Part shown: positions 36,320-48,842 of the stretch, piece by piece
Layout: each line of letters opens with the position of its first letter
Position numbering within the stretch: the first letter of the stretch is position 1
Assembly: GCF_964194025.1 (NCBI RefSeq)
Contig: NC_134477.1
Span: 37,324,001 to 37,388,000, forward strand
DNA: 64,000 nt
Reading direction: 5' to 3'
DNA from: Convolutriloba macropyga
Lineage: Eukaryota
Made by a program: the position numbers and the translations under genes
The notes under the pieces: model-generated
Database searches by the model: none
What the model saw: the letters and a program-made list of their open reading frames with translations, nothing else
What the model was told of the DNA's origin: nothing

Positions 36320-37353
36320 GCCAATCACGGGCGGCTTGATTCAGGTAAAATCTTGACACCGTAACGTCTTCAGGCCAGAAATCAGGTAACTCAACTTTCT
36401 CTTCATCAAACTTAAATACAATGGAAGGCTTTCAGGTGAGGCTCTGACTTCGAAATTTGGCGAATGTGAAGTAGTTCGACGTTATTTTCTACACAATACT
36501 CCTCCATTTCTGATGCCGTTATGTTCTGACTCAATCGACCTACATATAAATGACGACGCTTCGGGGGCTTTTTGACACCCTTGATGACTGCTGGATTGGT
36601 GTTCGTTCCCGTTGTTACCTCCTTAGTTGATCTTACTTTTCTCTGTACAGTTTCAAATTCAGAATCATCCGCCCCTCTCTTTTTGTTTACCGTCGCACTG
36701 TGATAACTGGATGAGCTGTCGTTTCGACTTTCTCTTCATCAAACTTAAATACAATGGAAGGCTTTCAGGTGAGGCTCTGACTTCGAAATTTGGCGAATGT
36801 GAAGTAGTTCGACGTTATTTTCTACACAATACTCCTCCATTTCTGATGCCGTTATGTTCTGACTCAATCGACCTACATATAAATGACGACGCTTCGGGGG
36901 CTTTTTGACACCCTTGATGACTGCTGGATTGGTGTTCGTTCCCGTTGTTACCTCCTTAGTTGATCTTACTTTTCTCTGTACAGTTTCAAATTCAGAATCA
37001 TCCGCCCCTCTCATTTTGTTTACCGTCGCACTGTGATAACTGGATGAGCTGTCGTTTCGAGTCCTGCTGGGTCCACTTTTTGCAGCTTTTAGAAAAGGGA
37101 ATTCCGGTTTCTTTATCAACGCTATCTCATTTTGTAGCATTGTCACCTCGCGGATCAAAGAATCAACACAATCGAGTTTCTGCTCAACGGCCGTGATTCT
37201 GTCAGGCGCAGATAGTTCTGCAGTAAAGCTAGGAGTACAACCAGCACATGACCAGAAGATCATTCCTCTGATATTTGCAGTACTTGAAATTCCCAAACAC
37301 CTAAAGAACTTATATTTTCTTACATTTGACACAAAATGCACTCCCTTGTACAT
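36320..37353 (-). pseudogene. LINE ORF1: PHD-like finger, coiled coil, RRM-like domain; 333-bp tandem duplication
   Basis: C.KGVH...FWSCAGC; RRHLYVGRLSQNIT; PDFWPEDVTVSRFYL; duplication 36394-36726/36727-37059. Confidence 0.8.
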
Positions 37354-37959
37354 TGCAAGGCTCGTTACAAATATTGCAGGGAGGTTCGGGCGGTGGTGGG
37401 GGCACCATTGTAACCTTGGGTAAAAGGGGGACTAAGCGAAGTGGCCGCTAGGGCCTAAACTAATTAGTCAAACAAATGTGGAGAACGCTCACACCAAATA
37501 TTTGACTAAGAAAATTATTTAGGATGGCCAAAAATGTAAGGAAGCAATCAAGCAGATGCGGAGAACGCTCCCGCCAAATGCTTGATACCAAATATGGAAT
37601 CGTAGACAAATCTTGTTTAATATCTAAATAAATAGGTACAAGAAAAGTAGTCAGATACCAGTGAAACCTATCTGAGGCTTCGTATGCTTTGGAAAAGTCA
37701 GATACCAGTGAAACCTATCTGAGGCTCGGTATTGTTTGACAAGTAATAAAAATGGTTTGACAAGTGATAAATTGCAGCGATCATTGCAAAAGAATACCTT
37801 CCGCCGGAATCTGAAATCCCCTATAACTGGGGCTACCCAAAGAATGTCCGGCCTCTACTGATCCAGTAAATGATTGCAATCAGAAGCTGAAACGAAATTA
37901 AATAGCCTCCCGGGTGCCTATGGAGACTATTTAATAAGTTTATCATAACAATTAGGCTA

Positions 37960-38620
37960 ACTGAGGTTTACTAAGCTCAGTCCATATTTTTCATATCATC
38001 GTGCTATCTGCAGCTGTGTCTACCTGCATTTTCAATTAGTTATTCATTCAGATATATTCCCAAGTCGTACACAAGCTAAAGATTTTTTCTTCAGTATAAA
38101 AGCGTTTCTTCAAAAAACGTATTCTGTTTATTGTACTTACCTGTATTTGGTTGGGGTTTGCTTCAACACAATTTTTTGAGAACTGTCCCACCTTTTCTCA
38201 GTTGTTGCATATTTACTTAGCGCTGGACAGTTTCTACTAGAATGTGACTCACCTCCACAACTAGTGCACATATACGGTTGCTTTTTTTAGCGGCAAATTT
38301 TTCGTTCGTTTTTCAAAATGTCTTTATGAAGTCGTTTCCAACTTCTTTCACTTTAAAAGACTTTTAACCTGACGAAGAGCTTGCAAAAGCCGTTGCTGGA
38401 CTTCCGAACTGTAAACTCTCCATTATTTCATTAACCGACATTGCTGGTTTTGTTGTAATACAGTCCAATATACTAAATTTTGCTTCATGATCCCTCAATC
38501 CTGAAATAAACTTTGTTTTTACAACTCCTCTTCGGGGTTGGCCGCTTTTTGAGTGTTTCGAAGATACAAAAGCGTACTTCTTCTCTGAGACGTGATAGGA
38601 AATCATCGTGACTCCCATAT
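37960..38620 (-). mobile_element. Gypsy-type gag/protease remnant, copy 2
   Basis: KFISGLRDHEAKFSILD; zinc knuckles CTSCGGESHSSRNCPALSK / CNN*EKVGQFSKNC; MQVDTAADST. Confidence 0.75.
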
Positions 38621-38829
38621 ACTTTGTATTACAGACAGAAATTTAGTTTTTTCGGCCGTTACTTCTCTCTCTCTCTCTCGCACAAAATTTCATTCACACG
38701 TACACTTAACTCACCTCTCTCTTTCTTTCTTTTCTCCCTCTCTCTCTCTCTCTCTCTTGCACTGTTGATAATCAAAAGGAATATGGCCCCTCATTTGGTT
38801 ACCTTAACGCTCCAAATGCCAGCTGATTA

Positions 38830-39995
38830 CAACACATCTGAAAGAGCAAATGATTTGTTTCAGGACACCAAGGTTGAAATCACAGATGGCACACTTGTTC
38901 TAGTTTCGGTTCCTGGCTCAGAAGAAGCAGGCTCAAACTGTATCGACCAATAAGAAACGAAATATTCGCAAATTACACAAAAGTGGAATCTCAAATATCC
39001 AAAGAACTATTTGCATCAATTACTGGAAATCATATCACCACCGAAGAGAACTTATTTCCTTACCACTGCGCTTGGGAGGTTTGAATGTTCAACTGCCTAT
39101 TGATTTTTCTCGTGGTCAATTCAAATATAAGACTGCCTGAACAAAGATCTGAGTCCAATTAAAGCAGAGCATCAAGAGAGCCAAATCAGAAATCGGTTGT
39201 CTGAAAACCCGAAAAGTTCTAGACAGAGCATCTGAATCTCAGAAATAACTTCAGACACTAGCTTCTGAACAAGCTTTATCGAATTGGCTAAAAGCTCTTC
39301 AGCGTTCAAAGTATAGAGATCAGCGTTTAGAGATCTTGATGTCTGAGATATGAATGTAATATAAAAAGTACCCTGCCAATGTGCCTGCGGAAAATTTTTT
39401 CAGTGGCAGATGCCTTGCATTGCGCAAAAGGTGAGCATAATCATATCAGAGACACTGTTGCCAGACTCCTAGACGAAAAATGCCATGATGTTCAAATCGA
39501 GCCTCATCTACAGCCGCTCTAAGGCGAGACCTTCTCGAGTAATGCAACCACTGTTGATGATGATGCAACACTTGACATCAAAACCACAGGCCTATGGGAG
39601 AACTCCTTTGTCCGAACATTCTTCGATGTTGAGAGCTTCAACCCGCTGTCAAAATCTTGTCCGAAAAGCTTGCCAGCTGCTCACAAGTATTATGAGTCAA
39701 AGAGCGAAATACGTACAACGGGAGATTGACGTAGAGCATAGTACATTTAACCCACTAGTTTTTGCCTGCAGTGGAACAGTACGATGACGTCATTCCCGTT
39801 ATTCGAACAAAGATCAGATTCGCTCTTCTTCGAAGTTGCTTTCTCTGTTTCAGAGGATGTCTGTCGTTGCGAAAAAAAACGAATTAATGGAAAATTCTCC
39901 TGCCACTGTTCACGAGGGACGGCTCAACGGATTCTAACGTTTTTGTTCTTCTTAAGCGTTTGCTCAAGTTTTGAATGTGACACCCACTAGTTTTT
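38830..39995 (+). mobile_element. CRE-clade non-LTR retrotransposon, 3' part with restriction-like endonuclease
   Basis: LPLRLGGLNV, ASEQALSNWL, CACG...HCAKG.HNHIRD, VQIEPHLQPL, LDIKTTGLW..RTFFDV..FNP, FNPLVFACSG, IRFALLRSCFLCFRG. Confidence 0.8.
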
Positions 39996-40369
39996 TTGAT
40001 AGTTTTGTATTTAACTATAATCTTTCTTAGCACTGGACAAATATTTGAGAGTAAGTATTTTATATTTCTCTTCATATTACGTATGTATATATGAGGATGT
40101 TGTAATTTACATTTTAAAAATACAATCACTATTAACATGGAGCGACGTAATCATTACTTTATTGTAGTAGTGCAAGCATTACCAAAATAAGTACCTGTCG
40201 ACCTTCACGTTTAGATTGTTTTGGAAACCCGTTTTGTCTATTGACATTATCGCAGCACAGTTGAATTGAACGTTTATGCTTTTCGTCTCACATACCGAAA
40301 GTCCGAAGATTAGATTATCTGTACAGATTAGATTCAGTAATTTCTTGATTATTCTTTCATTTATTAGAT

Positions 40370-40762
40370 TCATATCAAGTACGTAAGATTTACCGTACAA
40401 TAAATAGACTTAAGCTCACTGTAAAGGCCACTTACTTTTTTGGTCCCCAAAAATTTTTCTTTAATAATATTGAATTTCTCCAAAATTGAATTGCTTCCAC
40501 TGCTCACTGATGTTGATGAGATTGCAGTCATGCTGCTTGGAGAAGGAGATGACGGAAACTGGGCATCTGAATCGAACTGCCCAAATACTTGACCGAATTT
40601 GCCAGTAACTTTCTTCCGACAATGGGGGCATTCTTTTTGATTCCTCGGTTTATTAGAAAACCATTGCTCCACGCAAGTTTTATGATAGAGATGGCCACAC
40701 TTTAAAATTACAATATCTTCACTTGGTTTGTAGAGATTGAAGCAAATAGGGCAAACTAGCAT
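40370..40762 (-). CDS. RING-H2 finger protein (putative E3 ubiquitin ligase) with Ser-rich tail
   Basis: CPIC-x14-CGHLYHKTCVEQW-x10-CPHC (C3H2C3); possible intron 40435-40319 (GTAAGT...CTAAT...ACAG). Confidence 0.8.
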   Translation of the reverse strand: MLVCPICFNLYKPSEDIVILKCGHLYHKTCVEQWFSNKPRNQKECPHCRKKVTGKFGQVFGQFDSDAQFPSSPSPSSMTAISSTSVSSGSNSILEKFNIIKEKFLGTKKVSGLYSELKSIYCTVNLTYLI

Positions 40763-40978
40763 CTTTACTGGGTTGACTTCTAGTTTTTAGAGAAAAACGT
40801 TTTCACCGTCGCAAGTAGATGATAAATTAACATAATACCTTAAATTGTACGAAAAATTAGACCAATATATAGACTTCGTATAATGCACAGACCCCAATCA
40901 TTTCTAATCTTCTCATCGAACAGTTAGATAAGTGAAGGCGAATTTTCAAACGTTAGAGAAATAAAACTAAAACTGGAA

Positions 40979-43197
40979 CATAGCTGGCAGATTGCCAGAA
41001 TATAGCCGCAATAGCTTCGTAGATCTACTCTAAAAAAAACAGTAAAAAAGACAGACAAAAAAATCGTCTTTTCAAGGCTGATATGATATTTTGATTTAAA
41101 AATTTTTATAAGTTCTGCCTCTAATAGCTGCTCTCAAATTACTTTCATTTAGAGTGAAACACACCCATTTGACCTTATCTCTTTGAATTAGAGTAAATAA
41201 AAGTCAATTTCAAAGTGAGGAAGTCATTTTTGAGAGCGAGGTAAGTCAAGTGTGACCAAAAATTAAATCACGCGGATGAACAAAAAAACTCGCTCCACTA
41301 AGAGCGAAAAATGACGTCACACACGCACTCTAGTTGAAATTGCATGAACAAATGAACAAAAAGCAGATTTGAAGTGGTTGTGACGTCATATGGTCGTAAC
41401 AAAAATCATGACGACGAAATAAAAAACATAGCCGGAAGAATTCCGGAACCGAATCGATGCGTCAAAACTTCACAAATAAAACCGTAATTGCGGCGGAAGG
41501 CATTAATTACCTTTTGTATTAAACCATTAACTCATTACCTCCCCTTGTCTGATCTAAAAATTGTAGAAACTTAAACCACTGTCAGCAAAAGAAACAAAAT
41601 GCAGCAAAATCTTATTTTATTGAAAATGTTTGGTAACGTTAAAAAAACCCGAAATAGATGAGAAGGTCAAAATACTGATGGGCTGAAACAGCTGACAGGG
41701 CTATCAATTGTTCTCAAATATTTCATGATTCTTATCTCAATAAGATCGGGAAAGCAAACGGCAGATAAATCTTAGACACAAGTTAAATCTTTTAAAAAAG
41801 GAATGCTCAAATTTAAGAATCACAAAACCAGAAGTACATTTCTAATCACTGCAACTAAGACACAAAACCGCACACACTTCTCCCTTTTTCTACATATGCC
41901 AGACAACATGATTTCAAACTAAATCAAAAATTAAATTTATAATGGAAAAGAAATACGCAGCAGAATATTCAAAGGCAGAAAATTGTTTATTAACACCAAG
42001 GCCGGAAAAAAGTTGCAGTAGATAGTATTAAGTGGAAATTTTGGAAAATGCTTGCTAGAAAACTCTCAGTACTGCCTTTTGTTGAATGAAATCAATTGCA
42101 AACCAAAGAAATGACAAAAATCTAAGAAAAAGCTAAAATCATTCAATTTTTTAACAACTGAAAAAAACCAATCAACAAGAAACAGAAGTGCCATAAATAG
42201 GTGACAGGACAAAGCTAGAATGATACTAACTAGAATGTGAAGAGTCTGGACACAATGTGAGGAACACCGTAACAAAAATAGATTCTTGATTTTAAATTAA
42301 AAAATCAAGAAAAACGAATACATTTCATTGTTCAGCATTCGACACATAGAACAGCTAACTAGTCATCCGATACAAATGATCTATACTCCTGAAGAGAACA
42401 AAAAAATAGGAAAAAGCAGAATTCAAACATACGAAACATTGAAATATTTTGCAAAAAAATGGTCAAAAAACTGCATTCATGAAACAGTTTTATCTGTTTT
42501 TCAAAAACTTAACGCCAAAAAATGATTGAATTTTTATTGAAACGAAATTAAAATCCCTCATGTTGCACAAAAAGACCATTTCTAGTAATTGAAACCAAAA
42601 TACGAACAAAAAAACAGACAAAAATCGGAAAAAGACTACCAAAATCGGATTAGCATATGTAAAATTTTATAAAACAAAATTACACCGAGGTAGAAAGCGG
42701 TGTTGAGTATATAAATAGTCAAAACAAATCTGCCATATTAACTGATTTTTGGCAAAAAGACGGTTAAAAGATCCAAAAATGAAAAAATTATTAGAAAAAA
42801 AGCCAAAATTTAACTAAAAAATCAAGAAATATGTGCCAATTTTGAACTTGAAACGCATTTTCAGGCTTCGCAAAACACTGTGGTATCAATTGCTGAAGAT
42901 CGCATTTCAATTTAGCATCGAATAAAAATAATTTCTACAAAAAACCAAATTACAAGCAAAAAAATGGGCCACTTAGACGAAAAAGCGGTTATCTATATGT
43001 GCAATTCGGTCAAAAACTACTTTTCAAAGTCAAAAAGTCATTCACTAAACGTAGCGCATGATCAAAAAACTTCTCTCGCTTAGCGAAAATCTGTTCACCA
43101 AGACAGATTTTCTCACTTTTGCTTTTAGGTCAAAATGCCGCGTGACATGACGTGCACAAAACGAATTTGTTACATTTGTGCCTGTCAGCTCGCTATG
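40979..43197. mobile_element. Non-autonomous element with short TIRs CATAGC...GCTATG
   Basis: Termini CATAGCTGGCAG / CTGTCAGCTCGCTATG; homology with 13490-15322; no coding capacity; no TSD found. Confidence 0.6.
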
Positions 43198-44430
43198 TAC
43201 CCCCCCCCTCAGTCATTTAGCGACTGCCACTGTATAGTAAATCATTAGTAGTTATTGTTGTTGTGGCTTTACAGAAAAACTAAGGGGAGTTGATCCCGAG
43301 TTTGAGTATAGAAAATTGACCACGTTTCCCTGCAGTTCGGGCAGTCGCACGCAATCAGCCAGGTGCAGGAGTTGAATTAATCGCAGGTAGCATCTACAAC
43401 TCTCCAGGATAGCTCGCTCAGTCGTCTCTTTCAGCAGTAGCAGATTTGGATTCGAGGCACTCGCGGTACTTCAGTGTTTGTTGAACTTCAGGGTTTGCTA
43501 TTCGTTCAAGTTTGTAAGTTTATTGAAATAGTTGCAATTTCCGTATCTGCTTAGAATACAAGTACACTCTTTTCTTCCTTGATTTGTTTTATAGAACATC
43601 TCCGATTTTAGAGATCGTGCTTTTTGTCATGTTTCAACATTTTGTATTCTTATTTGATCTCGCCGATTCTTGCTACCAACCTGCATGGCTTTCGACGCTG
43701 ACGGGCTAGCTCCCCTACTACAGAAGACCAATGCACTGCTTTTGTCCATAGTTCAATTTTGGCTGGTCTCGTGATATTTATAGAATCCGTTGTTATGCCT
43801 TCAGGACAACTCTTAGCAAACGGATCAAAAACATTTACATCTAAGTTTACCTCAGCCTATTTCACCAAACAGTCGATTTGCCTTGATATCTAACCGAGCG
43901 TCGTATTCAGTTGCGTTTTCTATTTGCAAAATTTGAAGACAGGGCTACACCTCGACATCATCACATCCTTCATCGACTAAATGAATAGCGTAAATCGTTG
44001 TGCCTCATGTGGGTATAGTCATCTTTTGGACAATGTTATGCAGGAGACAAACGGTTTCGCCACGTGCACAGGTTGGTATTTTTACAGGTTTCGAGTCGTG
44101 TCTGAGGTCAATGTTACCTCTAAATTATCAAATCAAATTTGTATCTTTTCAACGGGACCTCTTTCAACCAGCACGACGCTGACCGTTACGAGGTCTCGAG
44201 AATAATATTCAGTTTCATCAACGATATCTATCATTTGTAAAATCTTCACTCAATCCTGTAGGTCACTCATTTTTCCGATTCTCTCAAGGATCTGCTGTTG
44301 CATAGCAACTGAGTTCCCAGCGCTAGACTCATACAAGGGTTCAAAAACTCAAGCACAGATTTGAATCGAAGCTGGTGTGATCCCATTCATCATCTGTGTT
44401 ATCCTTCTAAATATCATCAATTCCACAGTC

Positions 44431-45056
44431 TAGTAGTAATAGTAGTAGTAGTAAAGGCTTTAGGATTTAAACATAAATAAATCCAAGGGTTTGTTAGAAC
44501 CACATGAGTTCAGTCCAAAGGTAGTTTTAGTTTAGTCTAGTTTTTTCCAGTTATTGCAGTGGTCACATTTGCAAACAATTCGCCAAGTGCATTTGTCCCT
44601 CTTGTCATATTTTCTCAGAAAGTAGTCCCAGTAGATTTTGGAGATGGTGTCTTTATTGAGATATTTTCCGTAGCTGGTGTACACTCTGATAATAATATTG
44701 TATAATAATTTTGTACGATGGAAGAAGTTTTCATCGGTTTTGTAGAGTCGATTCGTTCCGATCGTCAGTTCTCCTCTTGTATGCTGTCGAGTTTTATCTT
44801 CGGTGACTCTAGGTAGATCAACAACAACGTCGTATTCGTTTCTATCCAATGATATCAGAAGCAGGAGATTGTGCATTTCGACATATAAGCTGAGAGGCAG
44901 CAGCTTTAGCTGTAGAAGTCGATCTTTGTATTCAAAACTTGCATTCAGTATCCACTTGGTAGCAATTTCCTGCACCCTTTCAAACTTCGCAAGATTCGAC
45001 TTGTTCGGCTGCCATGCTTGAGAGCAGTAGGTCAGGACTGGCTTGAGAGCAGTAGT
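44431..45056 (-). mobile_element. 5'-truncated CR1-like LINE
   Basis: CSQAWQPNK..ERVQEIATKWIL..YKDRLLQLKLLPLSLY..CKCDHC C-terminus; (TAC)n tail at 44431-44452. Confidence 0.85.
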
Positions 45057-45059
45057 CTA

Positions 45060-48000
45060 GAGCCTCATAGTGTCCAAATGGGAGAGTATGTACGCCGTCT
45101 GCTATTATAGACCGCTTGTTGTCGAACGCTGACAGATAGATTTTATTCGAAGAGACGGTCTGCAGAACATGATGATCCGAAACTATTCGCATGTTTTCGA
45201 TATCTAAGCCACTTTATTCATAAACAAAAGAACTAACAAAATTGTAAAAAAAACAAGACGGATAACTTACTTTTTGACAAAATCGAATCGAGCTTCGGCT
45301 TCAGACAAACGAAATCTGTGATGAAATCACCGACGAACTCGTCTTTAATCTTCAAAACTGTTAGTTTGTTTTGGTCATTGAATAAGTTGCTGGTTGGTTT
45401 GTTCGAAAAGTCAAAGCAATCCAGCACAGCTCGAGGTATAGAAGACGACACTCAAAGTTGGATCGCCTAACTTTAAAATGAAATTAGTACATCTGATGTT
45501 TCGCCAAGTCTAATATTGAAGCGCCTACTATTGTTGGTGTAATCCACAAGATTTTTTTGGGAGGAGTCGATAGTGCAGCTAAGTTTTCTCCAAATTTGAA
45601 ATAGCACTCGAATTCGAGTTTTGATATGGTTGAAAATGTACACTCGGCATCACGGCTAATAACTATTTTGTTCGGCGGCGTTTTGACTCACAATTTTTAC
45701 CGCAAAGAGCATTGTTCATCAACTTATAAAAGCTCTCTTCAAATCTGTTCGATGCAGAGTGACCTTTTTGACTATTTAATGAAATGTAGGGAGCAAGCCG
45801 CTGTGCTTGTCTAAATTGTAGCCTTCTATATACTTTTCCACCAAAAGCCAAGATCCGCATAGAGTTTTAAAAGTTTGTAGTGAACAGCTATCGAGATGGC
45901 TGTTGTTCGCTGCGAATCGTCTCTCAGTACACAGACGTAACTCTACCTCTAACAGCCGACTCTATGATTTCCAGATGTCCACGCTCAGTCAAAATTTCAA
46001 CTTCAGCTTAACCATCTCACAATGACGCCTCTTTGGCCATGTTTGGTAAATTAAAAAAGTGCATAAAATCCAACTTGTGTGTTTCAAGACTCAATTGTCG
46101 ATGAAACTCGCAGACCATGCCAACATTGCACAATCCAATGTAAGATATCCATCATGATAGTCCTGAAGTGTTACAACTGTGTAACACCCCGCACTTTTTG
46201 TGCATATTCCAATTCTGTTTCATATATTGTAACTGCACCACCTTCGAGCTAGTTACGCCAATTTTCGGGGGGTGGTAAAGATGTGTCGAAATTTTTGCTT
46301 CTTTCACATACATACGAGTACGGATAATGACATTTTTGTTTCAACAGCTCTAAATCTATATCAAAAACTCCCGGGAACATCGAATTGAGATACCAAACTA
46401 ATCGGTTGGCCAAATTTCGGTTAATTTTTCCAAAGAGCTATTCATCATATTATACGACTCAATTAATCGCAAGTATTTGTAGATTTTTTTTTGTTTTCGC
46501 CTTCATCCGTCGTGATAGTTTCAATCAAAACGCCAAATATCATAGAGATGTATTTTTTTCAGTTACTGGAATGACATGAACCGTGGTTGTTGGTTCGCAT
46601 TCATTGAGCGGTAAGCAAATATGATGTAAGTCATAGTTTTGAATATTAAGCCCAACAACTGAAAAACAAATTAGCGTAGCGACGAAATCAGTTGCATTTC
46701 TAATGAGTCCAACCGAGGAATTTACCGCCTAAATGACAGTAGTCCAAATCAATTGTGCTTTCTGAGTCATCATCTACAACAAAATCTTTTTCAGAAATCA
46801 GTATTTTGTTGCTTTTTTGCTGGACGTTTGTTCAGCAAATTTTTGTTAGCTCTATAAAAAAGGTGTTTGGTCCTCTGTTTGTAGATATCTCGTGCTAGGT
46901 CGTGTAGCATTCGAACAAACTTTTTCATGCAGTCTTCCGAATTATCTACATGATGGAAAATTGGGGTTGTAGATTGTTGATCAATAACCGTTAATGCAAA
47001 ACCACAGGGCTAATGTTTTTCGATAGCGCGTGTATATGCTGTGTTACTGGGGATCCGCACAACTCGCAACTGGTTGTAGAAAAGATTCGAAATCAAAGTA
47101 TATCACCAGAGGTACAGACCAAGTAGCCAAAAATTTTGAAAATTTGTACATACTTTGCTCCGGAGAGGGCATGTGAACAACAGCTGGTGCATTCATGGAA
47201 CTCGTCTTTAGATGTAGGTTGTAGCCTTCAAGTACGTCTCTACACAGCCAAAAACAATTACGACAGAATTGACAGCTATACCGAAACATGATCTCACGCA
47301 CATAGCAGACAAGTTTCCCCAGGTCTGTTATTGGTACGTAGTGATACCAAACACACTCATACAGGAGGAGGAGGTCCATCATGAAAGAGGACTCGTAGTT
47401 GGAAACTCGAAGAGGGTAAAGCTGACTTTTCTCGAAACCAAAGACTTTCACCTGGACATTGTTCAATGACTCAAACTCTTTCATGTCGTCGAAACCCATA
47501 GGCATTTCAAAGTCACCCAAGGGTTGTTGAAGATTTGGGTTGCTGTAAGTTTCTGGTGATGTTCTCTCAGCATTAGTATTTCTACCGTCACGTTCCAGGT
47601 TGATGTTGTTGTGCAAATGATAAGCTGCAATGTAGCAGTTCTTGAAACAGTTTTGATCGTTGCGGTTCCGTATTTTGAGAAGACCGCGGCAATTGGCTAT
47701 TTTCATGAGCAGAGGTAAATAGGAAGCGCCGTTGACTGATCTATAGCGTGCAAACTTTACGTCCAATATATTAACTTTCTCCAAGATCCAGCCACTTCCT
47801 GAAGACACGCAAATGTTGACAACACTGTTAACATTATATCCATCATTGTCCAGTGAGTTTCGTCTGACATTCCATTATTGAGAACTGGTGTCATGAGTGA
47901 ATATGAGTAAATTTTAATACGCTCGTCATCAGTAGAGCCATCTTTTTCAACTCGATGAGGTTTAAGCAGTTAAACTTTTGCACAAAATTGAACTTTGTGA

Positions 48001-48340
48001 GGTCCGTTTGATAACTTTTCTCGCACCAAGTTTTCCATTCGAGGTTTTTTGATAACATGAATCTAGCAAAGTCTGTGCTTACTTCAGCGTCGATGTTGTT
48101 GATAACTTCGAGGTTTTAAAGTTTTCCACCCAAAGCTGACTCCAATGGTGTATCTCTCGCTTGGAAATCTTCACCGAAGACGGGCAGCCCATGAAGAGAA
48201 CTCATGTGCTGAGCATCGTTTAAGCCTTGGTAACAAACTCGGCAACAGTTGGCAAATTTGGTGTGCCATGTTTGCATGTGCTGCTCAAGCTAGACAATTT
48301 AAGGGCATTGAAAGTGCACAGCGAGCATTAGAAAACAGGT
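45060..48340 (-). pseudogene. Polinton/adintovirus protein-primed DNA polymerase B, decayed
   Basis: GSGW..GASYLPL..KIRNRNDQNCF; ExoI PLVIYFDFES; endonuclease VII-like DYCHLGGKFLGWTH*KCN; NYDLH; HYPYSY; FYKLMNNALCGK; FDFSN..KIKDE..FVCLKPKL; KIYLSAFDNKR..TLPFGHY; motif A and YxDTDS regions not found. Confidence 0.9.
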
Positions 48341-48842
48341 AAACCAAGCCTGCCAGGATAAGCGCTGTTTTCATGCCTTGAACGATTCTATTGGTTGCTG
48401 TAAGTGGCAGAGGAATTTTGGCATTGATGAGTCATTTTTTTTGTCAACTTCGTTGGATTTCGAAGAAAATTGTTTGAACCAGAACAAGTAACGAAAGAAC
48501 AGTAATTGACGACTTGAATTTAAGCTTTTAATAGGAATTGAAATTTGGGCGCCAACTTCAAATGTTTGAAATACTCAAATCTGATTTGCTAATTTTGGCG
48601 CACGCTTCAACTCGAAATTTAGCAAAAACTCCGAGGTACACTCTTTCTAATGTGAACCTCCTTTGCTATTATTCTGATACACTACATTTTAAAAAAATAA
48701 TGTGTGTGTCGAACTTTATCCATTACTTCAACACACCTTTGTGTTGTTTAATACAGCAAAAAATTGCAAGAGTTTGAAGTTTTACATTTAGGCTTTGTTC
48801 TAGCAAACATTGTCTGAATATGCTCATAGCAGAAAGAAATTA

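Larger units (their letters stand above)
33401..37956 (-). mobile_element. L2/CR1-group LINE, full length, decayed
   Basis: (TAA)n tail 33401-33410; ORF2 with APE (NVRSIRNK, GGGICLFY, VYRPPG, LGDFN, THRSGGILDH, SDH) and RT (NYRPISNL, QSAYR, SAAFDTLDH, VSQGSILGP, YADD, LSRLDYCNSL, GRRSFSFA); empty site at 31831-31850 fixes the ends, CTA on both sides. Confidence 0.93.

Noticed and set aside
36627-37423. Plus-strand ORFs with identical N-termini (MILLFSVQFQ...)
   Set aside because: Antisense products of the 333-bp duplication in LINE ORF1
37801-37956. Hammerhead or HDV ribozyme at the L2/CR1 5' end
   Set aside because: No CUGANGA/GAAA core or HDV pseudoknot could be built by eye
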